Source of the DNA: Candidatus Tritonobacter lacicola
GTDB lineage: Bacteria > Auribacterota > Tritonobacteria > Tritonobacterales > Tritonobacteraceae
Direction: 5' to 3'
Length of the DNA stretch: 64,000 nt
NCBI GenBank assembly: GCA_030765135.1
Contig: JAVCDC010000125.1
Span: 31,607-95,606 of the forward strand
Part shown: one piece after another, positions 19,464 through 29,369 of the stretch
Layout: every line of letters starts with the position of its first letter
How positions within the stretch are numbered: position 1 is the stretch's first letter
The notes under the pieces: generated by a model
Databases searched by the model: none
What the model saw: the letters and a program-made list of their open reading frames with translations, nothing else
What the model was told of the DNA's origin: nothing
Translations under genes and position numbers: made by a program

Positions 19464-20792
19464 TCAACCGTGCGCGGCTCCGCGATCGGGTCCGGCAAAC
19501 CGCCCCTTAAGACGCTTCAATCCTTCCTTTAAACGGGTGAACAGACTGAAGAGCAGCTCGACCAGGGGTGCCGAGACGTTCCTGTAGAAGACCGGATCGA
19601 GAAGGCTCGCGCCGCGCTCGATCTGCCCCTCCCCGAGGGCCATATCGCGTATCTCCGTGTGTGGCTCTATGCGTATTCTTGATATGTTGAAGCCCGCGAG
19701 ACGCCCGCGCAGGAGGAGCCTGGCCCGCGCGTAAAATCCCAGGAGCCGGATGAAATCGGCGGCGCGGGAGCCGGGTGGATCGCCGAAGAAGTTGTAGGCC
19801 ACCCGCATGCCTCCCACGGACCGTGCGGCACTGAACGAGCGGCTTATGTCCGCCATCGTTATCCCCTTGCGCAGGAGCGAGAGAGAGTGGTCGGAGTAAG
19901 CGTCGGGGGAGAAGGATATTTTCACGCAGCCCGCGCGGCGCGCCAGGATCAGGAACTCCCTGTCGGTGTTCCGCGCGCTGAGCCACGCGCTCCAGGAGAT
20001 GCGCACATTCCTATCGATCAGCCTCTCGCAGATCGCCTCGGCGTGGGCCCTCGGCAGATTGAAGACCGAGTCCGTGAATATCACGATCTTCACGCCGTGG
20101 CGCGCTGAAATATCCTCCATCTCGCCGGCGACGTCGTCCGGGTCCTTCAGGCGCATCGCGCTCCCGCTGAGGAATGGGTAGGTGCAGTAAGCGCACTTCA
20201 GGACGCACCCCCGCTTCGTCTCCACACCCACGGCGTCCTCCCAGGAGGTGTAGAGCGAGCTGTCAAAGAGATCCCTCCTCGGACTCGGGAAGGAGCGCGG
20301 CGGGTCGGAGGCGCCTGTGAAGATGACATCGCCGCCGCTGCGGTAGTAGATCCCCTTCACGGCGGCGGGTCTCCCGAGGTTATCCAGAAGGCCCGGGAAG
20401 CTCACCTCGCCTTCCAGGCTGACGCCGTAGTCGATCAGGGGCTGATCGGGCATGATCTCCCCGGCGAAGATGGAGAACGCGGGACCTCCCACGACGATAA
20501 CCGCGCCGGGACAGGCCCCCTTTATTGCCTCGAGCATCGGCCGCAGGTAGCCGTAATAGAAGCTCACGGCGAACGTGTGCGTCGAGTCGATGCTCCTCAG
20601 GGAGATGCCCACGACATCAGGCTGGAATTCCTCCACCGCGGCCGCCAGGCCGCCCATGGGGGAACCGGAGACGTTCGGGTCGTATGTCCGCACCTCGTGG
20701 CCCTCCAGGGCGGCAGCGATGCACGAGAGGCCCAGGGGGAATATGGGCGGCTCATCCGGCCCCAGGTAAGACTGGCACAAGAGTATCTTCAT
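19464..20792 (-). CDS. B12-binding domain radical SAM enzyme (class B radical SAM)
   Basis: N-terminal cobalamin-binding Rossmann-like region (MKILLCQSY...VVGISL) followed by KRGCVLKCAYCTYPF (CxxxCxxC). Confidence 0.75.
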   Translation of the reverse strand: MKILLCQSYLGPDEPPIFPLGLSCIAAALEGHEVRTYDPNVSGSPMGGLAAAVEEFQPDVVGISLRSIDSTHTFAVSFYYGYLRPMLEAIKGACPGAVIVVGGPAFSIFAGEIMPDQPLIDYGVSLEGEVSFPGLLDNLGRPAAVKGIYYRSGGDVIFTGASDPPRSFPSPRRDLFDSSLYTSWEDAVGVETKRGCVLKCAYCTYPFLSGSAMRLKDPDDVAGEMEDISARHGVKIVIFTDSVFNLPRAHAEAICERLIDRNVRISWSAWLSARNTDREFLILARRAGCVKISFSPDAYSDHSLSLLRKGITMADISRSFSAARSVGGMRVAYNFFGDPPGSRAADFIRLLGFYARARLLLRGRLAGFNISRIRIEPHTEIRDMALGEGQIERGASLLDPVFYRNVSAPLVELLFSLFTRLKEGLKRLKGRFAGPDRGAAHG

Positions 20793-20921
20793 CTTTTTCT
20801 ATACTTTCGTACTCGTAATCTTAATCGTAATCCCATACGCCTTACCCAGAATATATTTGTTTGTGTTTTTGTTTCTTGTTATTTAGTTTTTCATTTTTAC
20901 CACAAGTCCTTTGATGCCTTT

Positions 20922-22418
20922 TCAGACCCTCGCGAAGCCCCTCAGCCTGCACTTTATTCTGCGGTAGCCCACTATGATAACCGCGTACAGCGGATTAAAT
21001 ACCTTTCTGTTAAAAGCGAACACTGCCGGAGCCGACAGCAGCAACCTCATCAGTACCCTGGGGAAGCCGTGGTTCAGGAGCAGGAACATGAGGTTGAGGT
21101 AGCTGCTCTCCCTTATGTGGAACTGCTTGCGGTAAACGTCCACCTTCTCGTCTGCCAGGATGCCGTCGGCCCTCGCCCGGTCGTAAAGCACCGTTCCGGG
21201 AAAAAGCACAAGGGAGAACGGCTGGAGGACGTACGGCCGGGGAAGCTTAAGGGCGAAGCGGAGCGTCTCCACGACGTCACGGGTGTCCTCGTACGGGTTG
21301 TCCAGAAGGAAATCGTATATCGGCATGACGGTCTTCCGGTGCCTGTTTATCAGCACCGCCGCCTTCTCCGTGAGATCCACGGGTATGCGCCTGTTGTACA
21401 GCTGCAGCGTCCGCTCGCTCGCCGACTGGATGCCCATCTGGAGCTCCACCATGCCGGCCGCCGCCAGGTGCTCCAGCTTTCCCGCGGTTATGGTCAGCGG
21501 CGACCCCAGGCAGAAAAAAGGCAGGCCGACCTTTTTCCTGTAGAGCCCGGCGAACTCGGCGATCGCCTCCTCGCCGGCGGCGAAGAAGGAATCATCGGAG
21601 AACGTGATCCTCTTTATGAAGGGGTACCTGCGAACCACCTCCGACAGCTCCGAAACGATGTTTTCAGGGCTCCGGCGCCTGAGGTATCTCTGGCCGCCGT
21701 AGAGCTTTCTCAAGAGGTGATTGCAGCAGTACGTGCAGCTGTGGGGACACCCGCGCGTGGCCATCGTCTGGTATGGAACGGTGCGCGCGTTCAGGGCCAT
21801 CGGGCTCGACCCCAGGAACTCCTCCAGCAGCTCCCTGTCCATCCTCTCGACCCGCCCCTCCCCCGCAATCATGACGTAGTCGTCCTCCAGCTCGTAATCC
21901 GGGAAGGGAAGGTTATCGAGGTCCTGGATCAGCGGACGAAGGTTATTCCTCACTATCTCGCCGTCCCTCCTGACCCATATATTGGGGACGTCCCCGGCGG
22001 GCAGGCCTTCCCCCATCCTCCGGACCAGATCGTATAGGGCCTCCTCGCCCTCACCCACGCATATCATGTCCGCGTGCCGGAGGCACTCCCCGGGCTTTAC
22101 CGTGGGATGGATCCCTCCCCAGAGAACGGGGGCGCGTATCCTCTCCTTCAGCTTTGCCGTGAGGTCCGCCACCCTCTCGAAATACATCGTGAAGAGGGAG
22201 ATGCCCACGAGGTCCGCGTCGGCGCAGAGCACGGCGACCCTGTCTAGCACGGCCGGATCGTACCGGTAGAACCTCCCGGAAAAATCCTCCAGCTCCGCGA
22301 CGGCGTCGGGAAGAAATATCTGGCGCGTCGGCACCCCGCGCGACTTGAGGTAGGCGGCCAGAGACCTCATGCCGAACGCGGTTATGTCCGAATACGGCGC
22401 TATCAGCACAACCCTCAT
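20922..22418 (-). CDS. B12-binding domain radical SAM enzyme
   Basis: MRVVLIAPYSD...DADLVGISL B12-binding region; TRGCPHSCTYCCNH CxxxCxxC motif. ATGA overlap with the downstream gene. Confidence 0.75.
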   Translation of the reverse strand: MRVVLIAPYSDITAFGMRSLAAYLKSRGVPTRQIFLPDAVAELEDFSGRFYRYDPAVLDRVAVLCADADLVGISLFTMYFERVADLTAKLKERIRAPVLWGGIHPTVKPGECLRHADMICVGEGEEALYDLVRRMGEGLPAGDVPNIWVRRDGEIVRNNLRPLIQDLDNLPFPDYELEDDYVMIAGEGRVERMDRELLEEFLGSSPMALNARTVPYQTMATRGCPHSCTYCCNHLLRKLYGGQRYLRRRSPENIVSELSEVVRRYPFIKRITFSDDSFFAAGEEAIAEFAGLYRKKVGLPFFCLGSPLTITAGKLEHLAAAGMVELQMGIQSASERTLQLYNRRIPVDLTEKAAVLINRHRKTVMPIYDFLLDNPYEDTRDVVETLRFALKLPRPYVLQPFSLVLFPGTVLYDRARADGILADEKVDVYRKQFHIRESSYLNLMFLLLNHGFPRVLMRLLLSAPAVFAFNRKVFNPLYAVIIVGYRRIKCRLRGFARV

Positions 22419-23548
22419 TTCAGCAAAGTCCCCAGTTTCCCGGCGAGGGCGTCAGCCACCACCCCGTGGCCGTCGTAGTTCCAGTGAATCCAGCGGAGGG
22501 CCTTCCCCCTCTCGAGAAAATCGTCCCTGAAAACACCCTGTAGGCCGATGTAGTCAACGCCGAGGACGGCCGCTAGATCTCCGAGGTCCTTATCGAAAAA
22601 ATCTCCGTCGAAAGAGGGGTCGATAGACCTGTAACGCTCCTCGCTCTCCGGCTCGTAGGCCAGCGTCTCCATGCAGACCAGGAGGAAACCGCACCCCCGC
22701 TCACCGCAGAGCCTGGCCATCTCGCCTATCAGCCGCTTGTTGAGCGCGTAGTTTGCAGCGTAGGCCTCATCGGGGGAGGCGGTGCAGAGTGTCAGGAAAC
22801 CTCCCAGGCTCTCTTCCTCTTCCTCGTAGCGCTTCGCCACGTTCTCCATGAGCCTCTTCCTGCGCCTCTCCACCAGGAGTGAAGCAAGGGCGGAGTTCCG
22901 GGTGAGGGCGCTGACAAACCCCTTCAACCTGTACGCCCCCGTCTCCCTGAAGCCCGGGTCAAGGCGCAGCTCCCCCTCCTCCCCGGCCGTGTAAAAAGGC
23001 CGCAGTGTCTCAGGGGCTGTCTCCCTTGAGACGTCCTCGATGTCCGTCCTGGGCATGAAGAAGAGTACGACCATGTCCGGCGAGAAATCCAGGACGTCGT
23101 TCTCCAGGATGAGAAGCTCCTCCGTCGTCGTAGCGCCGGACCTTCCGAAGTTCATGACCTCCACGCCGAAGGGGAACTCGCCCCCGAGCCTCTCCTCCGC
23201 GAGGGAGAGAAAGGTCTTCTCCTGCTCGACCTGCATCGCCTCGACGAAGCTGTCCCCCAGCACGGCGACCCGGCGGGCATCCTCCGGCTTCTCCGGCTGC
23301 CGCTCCCGGTCCCTCCACCCGTGCCTGTTTATCCTGCCCGTTATCGGATGGTCGTTCTCCTCGTAGTACCAGTACGCGGCGCCGGGGACCATCCTCCAGC
23401 TGATGAGAGGGTCCGGCATGGTCCAGGAGAGCCTGGCGCCGAAAAGATGTGTCGCCCTCAGTATAAGTTCAATTGCGAGGAACGTAACAACCAGCGCGAT
23501 AGCCGCAGCCCCTAACTTCCTGACAAGAGCGGATTTCAGTAATCTCAC
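22415..23548 (-). CDS. SGNH/GDSL-family hydrolase, membrane-anchored
   Basis: N-terminal TM anchor; VLGDSF (block I), NFGRSG (block II), WIHWNYDGH (block V, DxxH). Confidence 0.6.
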   Translation of the reverse strand: MRLLKSALVRKLGAAAIALVVTFLAIELILRATHLFGARLSWTMPDPLISWRMVPGAAYWYYEENDHPITGRINRHGWRDRERQPEKPEDARRVAVLGDSFVEAMQVEQEKTFLSLAEERLGGEFPFGVEVMNFGRSGATTTEELLILENDVLDFSPDMVVLFFMPRTDIEDVSRETAPETLRPFYTAGEEGELRLDPGFRETGAYRLKGFVSALTRNSALASLLVERRRKRLMENVAKRYEEEEESLGGFLTLCTASPDEAYAANYALNKRLIGEMARLCGERGCGFLLVCMETLAYEPESEERYRSIDPSFDGDFFDKDLGDLAAVLGVDYIGLQGVFRDDFLERGKALRWIHWNYDGHGVVADALAGKLGTLLK

Positions 23549-23607
23549 AAAAAAACCTCGCTATATATAATCATGCAGTGACCTGAACAGCCCCTCCGGC
23601 CCGTGCA

Positions 23608-25182
23608 CTAACGTATCTTGTGAATAAAGTTCCTGATGCGGTCGAGGTCGCCCGTCAGAACGGACCTGACTCCCTTATAGACTACTATCCCGGAATCACC
23701 GAGACGGCAAAGGAGAGAATACATGGGATTGAGAAAACTACGGCCCAACAACCTCGTGAAGAACCGCCGACTCAGCACGCCGAGCAACCACCCGGGGAAA
23801 CAGCTGTATCCCGCCAGGTAGATAAGAAAATTGGGATATGAGCCGAGAGGGGTGTGGAGATGCTTGCCGTAAATCTGCCGCCTCTCGTCCGTCAGCCACC
23901 CGTCCCTCTTGCCTATCTCGTAGAGCTTCGTGCCGGGGAAGGGGACCAGCGAAGACCTCTTCAGCCAGAACGGCCGGGGCAGCCGCAGGAGAAGATCGAG
24001 GGTCTCCATCGTCTCCCCGGGAGTCTCCCACGGGTTATCGAGGATGACGTGATAACAGGGCCAGAACATGCGGGGCGTGAAACAGCTGATTATCCGCGCC
24101 GCTTTGAGAATCTGCTCGTTCGTCGAACTCCGGTTGAACATGGAGCGTGTCCTCTCGTTTCCCGTCTGGACGCCCATTTCGACAAAGACCAGGCCGGCGT
24201 CGATCATGAGCTCCATCTTCTTCTCCGTGATCGTCGCGGGGCTCACCTGTATGTAGAAGGGCAGCCCGATAGCCTCTTTATAAAGGCGGCAGAAATCCGC
24301 GATCTCCGCCTCGCTCCTGAGAGCGAAGGTGTCGTCGAAGATGTTGATCCCCTCTATCCCGGGGAACTTCGCGGTGATCTCCCCGAGCTCGGCGATGATG
24401 TTCGGCACGCTTCTCTTGCGAAGGTGCTTCTGGCGGGGAAACATCTCCTTCATGATGCTTATCGAGCAGTAGTAGCAGCTGTGGGGGCACCCCCTCACGG
24501 TGTAAGTCTTGTACGTCCTCCACATCTTCCCGTACGGGTCGTAGAGGGTGCTCTCGGGAGACGGCTCCCTGGGGAAGGAGCGGCAGAGGAGCTCGGGCGT
24601 CATGCCGACTATGCGGCCCTCGTCCATGTGATAAACGTAGTGGTCCTCCAGGTCGTAATCGTAAAACGGGAGGCTGTCGAGGTCCTCGACCAGCGGGCGG
24701 AGCGGGTTCCTCTTCACCCTCCCGTCCTCCTTGAACCAGACTCCGCGGGTATCGGTGCAGTCCCGGCCCTCGCCCATCCTGTTTAATATCTCCTCGAGGG
24801 CCTCCTCCCCGTCGCCGATGCACACCATGTCCGCGTGCTCGAGGGCCTCCTCGGGCTTGACCGTGGGGTGAATACCGCCCCATATGACGGGAGGGCCGCC
24901 CGTCCCCTTCACGGCGCGGGTGAGCTGGACGGCGCGGTCGAAGTAGTTTGTCATGAGCGAAACGCCTACCAGGTCGGCATCTCCGCAGAGGGCGGCGACC
25001 TCGTCCAGGACGCGCGGCTCGTACCTGTACTCGTACCCTGCCCTGTGCTTCATCATCGCGACGCCTCCGGGGAGAAAAATAATGTTCACACCGTGCCCCC
25101 TGCTCTTGAGGTACGCCGATATAGACCTCACTCCGAAAGCGCTGAGGTCAGGCGGCGTCGGCGCCACTAAAACAACCTTCAT
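23608..25182 (-). CDS. B12-binding domain radical SAM enzyme
   Basis: MKVVLVAPTPP...DADLVGVSL; VRGCPHSCYYCSIS CxxxCxxC; about 45% identity by eye to the 20922..22418 paralog. GAGGAG 6 nt upstream of the ATG. Confidence 0.75.
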   Translation of the reverse strand: MKVVLVAPTPPDLSAFGVRSISAYLKSRGHGVNIIFLPGGVAMMKHRAGYEYRYEPRVLDEVAALCGDADLVGVSLMTNYFDRAVQLTRAVKGTGGPPVIWGGIHPTVKPEEALEHADMVCIGDGEEALEEILNRMGEGRDCTDTRGVWFKEDGRVKRNPLRPLVEDLDSLPFYDYDLEDHYVYHMDEGRIVGMTPELLCRSFPREPSPESTLYDPYGKMWRTYKTYTVRGCPHSCYYCSISIMKEMFPRQKHLRKRSVPNIIAELGEITAKFPGIEGINIFDDTFALRSEAEIADFCRLYKEAIGLPFYIQVSPATITEKKMELMIDAGLVFVEMGVQTGNERTRSMFNRSSTNEQILKAARIISCFTPRMFWPCYHVILDNPWETPGETMETLDLLLRLPRPFWLKRSSLVPFPGTKLYEIGKRDGWLTDERRQIYGKHLHTPLGSYPNFLIYLAGYSCFPGWLLGVLSRRFFTRLLGRSFLNPMYSLLCRLGDSGIVVYKGVRSVLTGDLDRIRNFIHKIR

Positions 25183-25197
25183 ATAGTACTCCTCAAC

Positions 25198-25229
25198 AAT
25201 AAATTAGCTCGCTACGCTCGCAAATTTAT
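25198..25229. promoter_or_regulatory. 30-bp near-palindromic element, copy 2
   Basis: ATAAATTAGCTCGCTACGCTCGCAAATTTAT, 16 nt upstream of the rSAM start at 25182. Confidence 0.6.
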
Positions 25230-25440
25230 GTGGCTCCGACTGCGTCGGAGCATTGTGACAGCCAAAAGCTTTATCCTGCACACCCTACCCCGGTCCCGGT
25301 GGGACTTTCCGTCAATAACTGCCGGATCTTAGACCCTCCGGCGGGATCCCTATCGGGAAAGGGTGCGGCTACCTTTGTAAACATAACAAATTCCTATACC
25401 ATTAAATTATTGGAATTTATTCAATTGGCCGAATTAAAGC
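25198..25440. repeat. repeated intergenic element, copy A (30-bp palindrome + GCTCCGACTGCGTCGGAGC hairpin + conserved 3' block GGCTACCTTTG.AAA.ATAACAAATTCCTATAC)
   Basis: Shares three collinear blocks with 57975..58140. Confidence 0.6.
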
Positions 25441-25504
25441 ATTATCACACCCACATGAAATGGAAGAGAATCATTCCTTCTACTCCGTATAATCCGCGAT
25501 TTTT

Positions 25505-27031
25505 TTATGTTTTATTATTCTTACCCCCCCTCGCCGCGAGGTAAAGCCTGATCAGGCGCCGCCTGATATAGCTCCACCCCTTCCTGAAGATAAAGAGGGG
25601 ATCGTTTACGATGAAGAGGCGGTACTCGCGAAGCCGCCGGGTGAGGCTCCGGTGATACCTGTAAACCCAGCCCGCTATCTCGCTTGCCGCCTTCTCGAAG
25701 TCATCCCTGCTCACGTCCTTCATGAAGTGGTTTACGGGCCACGCGCCGAACCGCCTCCAGTCGGGTTTTTCCGGGACAAGCCCCAGCTCCGCGCACCTCT
25801 CCATGAGCGGGCTCCCGGGCAGCGGCTCGAAGATATTGAAGATGATCGACGGCGTCCTGAGCGAGCGCATAAGAGAGAAGGTCCGGCGGATGTCGTCGAG
25901 CGTTTCCTCCGGGAAGCCGATGATGAAGTTCGCCCCGGCCGTTATACCGTTCCTGTACATGAGCTCGTACGCCTCCCGTATCTGGCGCAGGTCGACCCTC
26001 TTCTCTATGATTTTCAGCATCCTGTCGCTTCCCGACTCGATGCCTATCGAGAGACCGGCGCAGCCCGCCCTCTTCATCAGCTTCAGGAGCGGCTCCTCGA
26101 GAATATCGGCCCTGGTCATGGTGAGCCATGAAATATTCAGCCGCTCCTCTATCATGCGCTCACACAGCTCGGTGACGTACTCCCGGTTGACGGTAAAGTT
26201 ATCGTCGAGGAAGTTGACTATCCTGGCATTGAAAGTCCGGGTGAGGTATCTGACTTCCTCGATGACCCTGCCCGGCGACCGGAACCGCACGGTCCTCCTC
26301 CAGAAGAGGGGTGACGAGCAGTAGGCGCACTTCCACGGGCACCCCCTCGACGCCATGACGCCGACGAACGGCATCCGCCTGTAGGCTCCGGGCCTCAGAA
26401 CGAGGTGCGCGGCCGGCACGGGGAGAGCGTCCAGGTCCTCGATACACTCCCTGTCCGGGTTGTGGATCGTCTTTCCTCCTTCGATAAACGAGATGCCACG
26501 AATGGACCTCAGCCCCGGCCCCTTCCCCTCCAGGGAGGCGCAAAGCTCGGCAATGGTGCTCTCCCCCTCGCCCCGGACGATAAAGTCTATCCCGCCGTAG
26601 CCCAGGACATCATCGGGAAGGAAAGTCGGGTGGGCGCCTCCCCAGGCGACGGCGGTGGACGGGTTCATCTCCTTCGCGATCCTGCTCACCTTGAGGGCGC
26701 TGCCCACCTCCCCAGTGAGAACGCTGACCCCCACGAAGTCCGGCGAGAAATCCCCGATCACGCGCCGGACCTCCCGCCACACGGGATGGTCGTCCTCCCC
26801 GAGCGACCTCAGGTAGCGGGCGTGGCTCTCTCCCCGCTCCCTGAACATCGTAAACTCGTCCGGGACTATGCCGACCCCCAGGCCGGTGCTGTTGTCACCG
26901 TGATAAATACCCACCTCGTGCCCTTCCGCTTCGAGAACGGCAGCGAGGTAACCCACCCCGAGCGAGAAGATTGGAAGCTCCTCGAAGCCCTTCAGCCTCT
27001 TATAGGGCGGCCTGATAAGCAGCGCTCTCAT
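25505..27031 (-). CDS. B12-binding domain radical SAM enzyme
   Basis: MRALLIRPPYKRL...PDFVGVSV; SRGCPWKCAYCSSP CxxxCxxC. Its start codon is flush against the 30-bp palindromic motif. Confidence 0.75.
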   Translation of the reverse strand: MRALLIRPPYKRLKGFEELPIFSLGVGYLAAVLEAEGHEVGIYHGDNSTGLGVGIVPDEFTMFRERGESHARYLRSLGEDDHPVWREVRRVIGDFSPDFVGVSVLTGEVGSALKVSRIAKEMNPSTAVAWGGAHPTFLPDDVLGYGGIDFIVRGEGESTIAELCASLEGKGPGLRSIRGISFIEGGKTIHNPDRECIEDLDALPVPAAHLVLRPGAYRRMPFVGVMASRGCPWKCAYCSSPLFWRRTVRFRSPGRVIEEVRYLTRTFNARIVNFLDDNFTVNREYVTELCERMIEERLNISWLTMTRADILEEPLLKLMKRAGCAGLSIGIESGSDRMLKIIEKRVDLRQIREAYELMYRNGITAGANFIIGFPEETLDDIRRTFSLMRSLRTPSIIFNIFEPLPGSPLMERCAELGLVPEKPDWRRFGAWPVNHFMKDVSRDDFEKAASEIAGWVYRYHRSLTRRLREYRLFIVNDPLFIFRKGWSYIRRRLIRLYLAARGGKNNKT

Positions 27032-27060
27032 AAATTAGCTCGCTGCGCTCGCAAATTTAT
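27031..27060. promoter_or_regulatory. 30-bp near-palindromic element, copy 3
   Basis: TAAATTAGCTCGCTGCGCTCGCAAATTTAT, flush with and overlapping the rSAM ATG at 27031. Confidence 0.6.
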
Positions 27061-27130
27061 TACAAAAAATTTTTGAAATTCCGAGGCAGTAAATTAATTC
27101 GCTCCGCTCATTCATCCTGCATCCCGTATC

Positions 27131-27234
27131 TTTTCACGTTCCACGTCCCACGTCCCACGTTCGTTTTTTTTCACGTTACACGTCACACGTCACACGGTTG
27201 TTATTTCACGTTACACGTTTATCATTTCACGTTT
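27131..27234. repeat. tandem heptamer array A (CACGTNN)n, about 11 copies, T-run interspersed
   Basis: Read directly: ttcacgttccacgtcccacgtcccacgttcgttttttttcacgttacacgtcacacgtcacacgg...; it abuts the stop of LtaS-like paralog 1 and lies about 100 nt upstream of the rSAM start at 27031. Confidence 0.9.
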
Positions 27235-29046
27235 TTACTGAATGTATCCCAGGCTCCTGAGCTTCTCCTCTGTCTCGTAGTCCATGACCGTGACGGCCTC
27301 ACCCGCCCTCGGCAACTCCATGATCGAGCGGATCCTCTCCCGGTACTCCTTCACCAGGTCCTCCCGCTCCTTCGATATGTCCCGCAGTTCCAGGGGGTCC
27401 CCGTCCAGGTCGTAGAGCTCCACGGCATCGCCCGGCTTCACGATAAGCTTGTAGCGGTCCGTGCGGTAGGCGACATCGACCGGCCCGTCCCCCATCCGCT
27501 CCGCGACCTGGATCAGGGCGCCCTCCCGCGCGCGTGAGGCATCGCCCTTCATAAGCGGGAGCAGGCTCTCCCCCCCGCACCAGCCGGGGACCTCGAGGCC
27601 GGCCAGCTCCATTATCGTCGGGGCGATGTCGATGGTCTCGACAGGCTGCGGGACGCGCACCGGGCCGACCAGCCCGCGGCTCCGGATGAGCAGCGGCACC
27701 CTTATATGCCCATCGTAGAGCGCCTGGCTGTGACAGAAATAGAGGTCGTGCTCGGTGAGGCTCTCGCCGTGGTCACCTACGACCACGAGTATATAGTCGC
27801 CGGACCTCTCATCAAGCGCCTTCAGGAGCCTCCCCAGCTCCGCATCCATGTAGGTTATCTCCGCGTCGTACTGGGCGATCGGGTATTCGACGTCCGTGAA
27901 ATTGCGCAGCCGGGGCGGCCAGTAGGGGGGCAGCTCGATGCCATCCATCGACCGGTTGTCCGGGTCGTCCTTCCGCCCCTCGTAGTACATGCCCGAGTAG
28001 GGAGCCGGCGGCTCATAGGGGCCGTGTGGATCATTATAGTGCACCCAGAGAAAGAAGGGGACGCGCGCGGACCGCAGCCATGACACGGCATCGTCTGTCG
28101 TCCGGGCGGCAATCCGCTGAAACCTCCCGCCGGCAGTCCGCCCCAGCCAATCGGCAGCACACACGAGCACCAGGCTGTGGAATCCCTTCAGCCGCGAGAA
28201 ATCGTCGTCGTATATTTCGAACCCCCCTGAGAACCCGAACCGCGAATCAATCGGGAAGGCGCTCACGAACGCAGCCGTCCTGTAACCGCGCTTCCCGAAC
28301 TCGTGTACTATCTTCGGGATCTCCGGAGAGTGCCGCTGCTTGTTGCCAAGGACACCGTGCTGGTGCGGGTAAAGCGAGGTAAGGATGGAGAGGTGCGACG
28401 GGTTCGTCACGGGTATCTGGCTGATCGCGTTCTCGAAGAGGACTCCCTCAGACGCTATCCCGTCCAGAGTCGGCGTCAGGATCCGCTCGTTCCCGTAACA
28501 GTGGAGGCGGTCGGCCCTGACGGTGTCGAGCGCCACCAGGACTATGTTCGGCAGCCCCTCCTGCGGCGACGGCCCGCGCGCACCGGGAATCGCCAGCCAG
28601 GCGGTGATCCCCGCGAAGACGGCGATGCCGGCATAGACGCCCCTCCTGCCCCTGAGCTGGCCGCCGAGGGACAGGCCGGCAACAGCCGAGAGGAGGGCGG
28701 AGAGGGCGACCAGGACGGACGCCCACAGCAGAAACGGAGGAGAGAGGAGGACGGCCATACGGGACAGCCTGAAGGTTATGAGGTAAGCGAAGCCGTAGAG
28801 GAGACACCACGCCATGGCTGAGGAGGAGACGGCCACCCTCCATGGCGACGCCCGCCAGAGCCTCCGCCAGAGGGGGTAAAAGAGAACGCACGCGGCCGCA
28901 CCGTACAGCGCGTACATGAAGACTGCAACCAGTATAATCCCCAGCCTCCCCGCGGGAGTGAAATACAGCTCACGGATTGACGCCGCCTCGCCGTAGCCGA
29001 CGAGCCCACCCACCATGGCGCAGAAATATACCGCTCTCTTCATCAT
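27235..29046 (-). CDS. LtaS/EptA-like membrane-anchored sulfatase-fold (alkaline-phosphatase superfamily) transferase, paralog 1
   Basis: About 5 N-terminal TM helices, then a sulfatase-domain core IVLVALDTVRADRLHCYGN...ISQIPVTNPSHLSILTS...HG; the canonical C-x-P-x-R is replaced by T-N-P-S-H, consistent with a Thr nucleophile as in LtaS/EptA/MdoB. Confidence 0.65.
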   Translation of the reverse strand: MMKRAVYFCAMVGGLVGYGEAASIRELYFTPAGRLGIILVAVFMYALYGAAACVLFYPLWRRLWRASPWRVAVSSSAMAWCLLYGFAYLITFRLSRMAVLLSPPFLLWASVLVALSALLSAVAGLSLGGQLRGRRGVYAGIAVFAGITAWLAIPGARGPSPQEGLPNIVLVALDTVRADRLHCYGNERILTPTLDGIASEGVLFENAISQIPVTNPSHLSILTSLYPHQHGVLGNKQRHSPEIPKIVHEFGKRGYRTAAFVSAFPIDSRFGFSGGFEIYDDDFSRLKGFHSLVLVCAADWLGRTAGGRFQRIAARTTDDAVSWLRSARVPFFLWVHYNDPHGPYEPPAPYSGMYYEGRKDDPDNRSMDGIELPPYWPPRLRNFTDVEYPIAQYDAEITYMDAELGRLLKALDERSGDYILVVVGDHGESLTEHDLYFCHSQALYDGHIRVPLLIRSRGLVGPVRVPQPVETIDIAPTIMELAGLEVPGWCGGESLLPLMKGDASRAREGALIQVAERMGDGPVDVAYRTDRYKLIVKPGDAVELYDLDGDPLELRDISKEREDLVKEYRERIRSIMELPRAGEAVTVMDYETEEKLRSLGYIQ

Positions 29047-29110
29047 GTTGTTTTCATGCCCGTTACCCTGATTATAGTCCTGTTTAATCCGAAGTGTATT
29101 TTTCTTTTTC

Positions 29111-29368
29111 TACGTTACACATTACACGTTCCACGTTCATTTTTTTTACGTTACACGTTTATTATTTCACGTTCCACGTTTGTTTTTTACGTTACACGTT
29201 TCACGTTACACGTCACACGTTTGTTTTTTCACGTTTCACGGTTGTTTTTTTACGTTACACGTTTCACGTTACACGTTACACGTTTATTATTTCACGTCAC
29301 ACGGTTGTTTTTTTACGTTACACGTCACACGTTTGTTTTTCCACGTTACACGTTCGTTATTTCACGTC
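29111..29368. repeat. tandem heptamer array B (CACGTNN)n, about 25 copies
   Basis: Read directly; it fills the space between the start of paralog 1 (29046) and the stop of paralog 2 (29370). Confidence 0.9.
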
Positions 29369-29369
29369 T

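Noticed and set aside
20577-22037. Long antisense ORFs opposite real genes (20577..22037, 23854..24786, 36181..37302, 14517..15257, 39086..39895, 44514..45581, 58321..59628 and others)
   Set aside because: High-GC genomes give long spurious antisense ORFs. The products are Arg/Pro/Gly-rich low-complexity with no motifs, whereas the opposite strand carries clear domain signatures.
25198-25440. Cobalamin riboswitch upstream of the B12-dependent radical SAM genes
   Set aside because: I could not find the conserved B12-box (rAGYCMGgAgaCCkGCcd-like) in either copy of the repeated element. This cannot be excluded without a covariance-model scan, but nothing in the sequence supports it.
27073-27537. 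Plus-strand ORFs running through the heptamer arrays (27073..27537, 29056..29382, 29094..30524, 29180..29395, 31205..31453, 31249..31539) encoding His/Val/Thr/Phe-rich repetitive peptides
   Set aside because: Their repetitive HVTRFT-type sequence is just the CACGTNN repeat read in frame. They run antisense to the surrounding operon, and the long one (29094..30524) lies entirely antisense to a well-supported LtaS-like gene.
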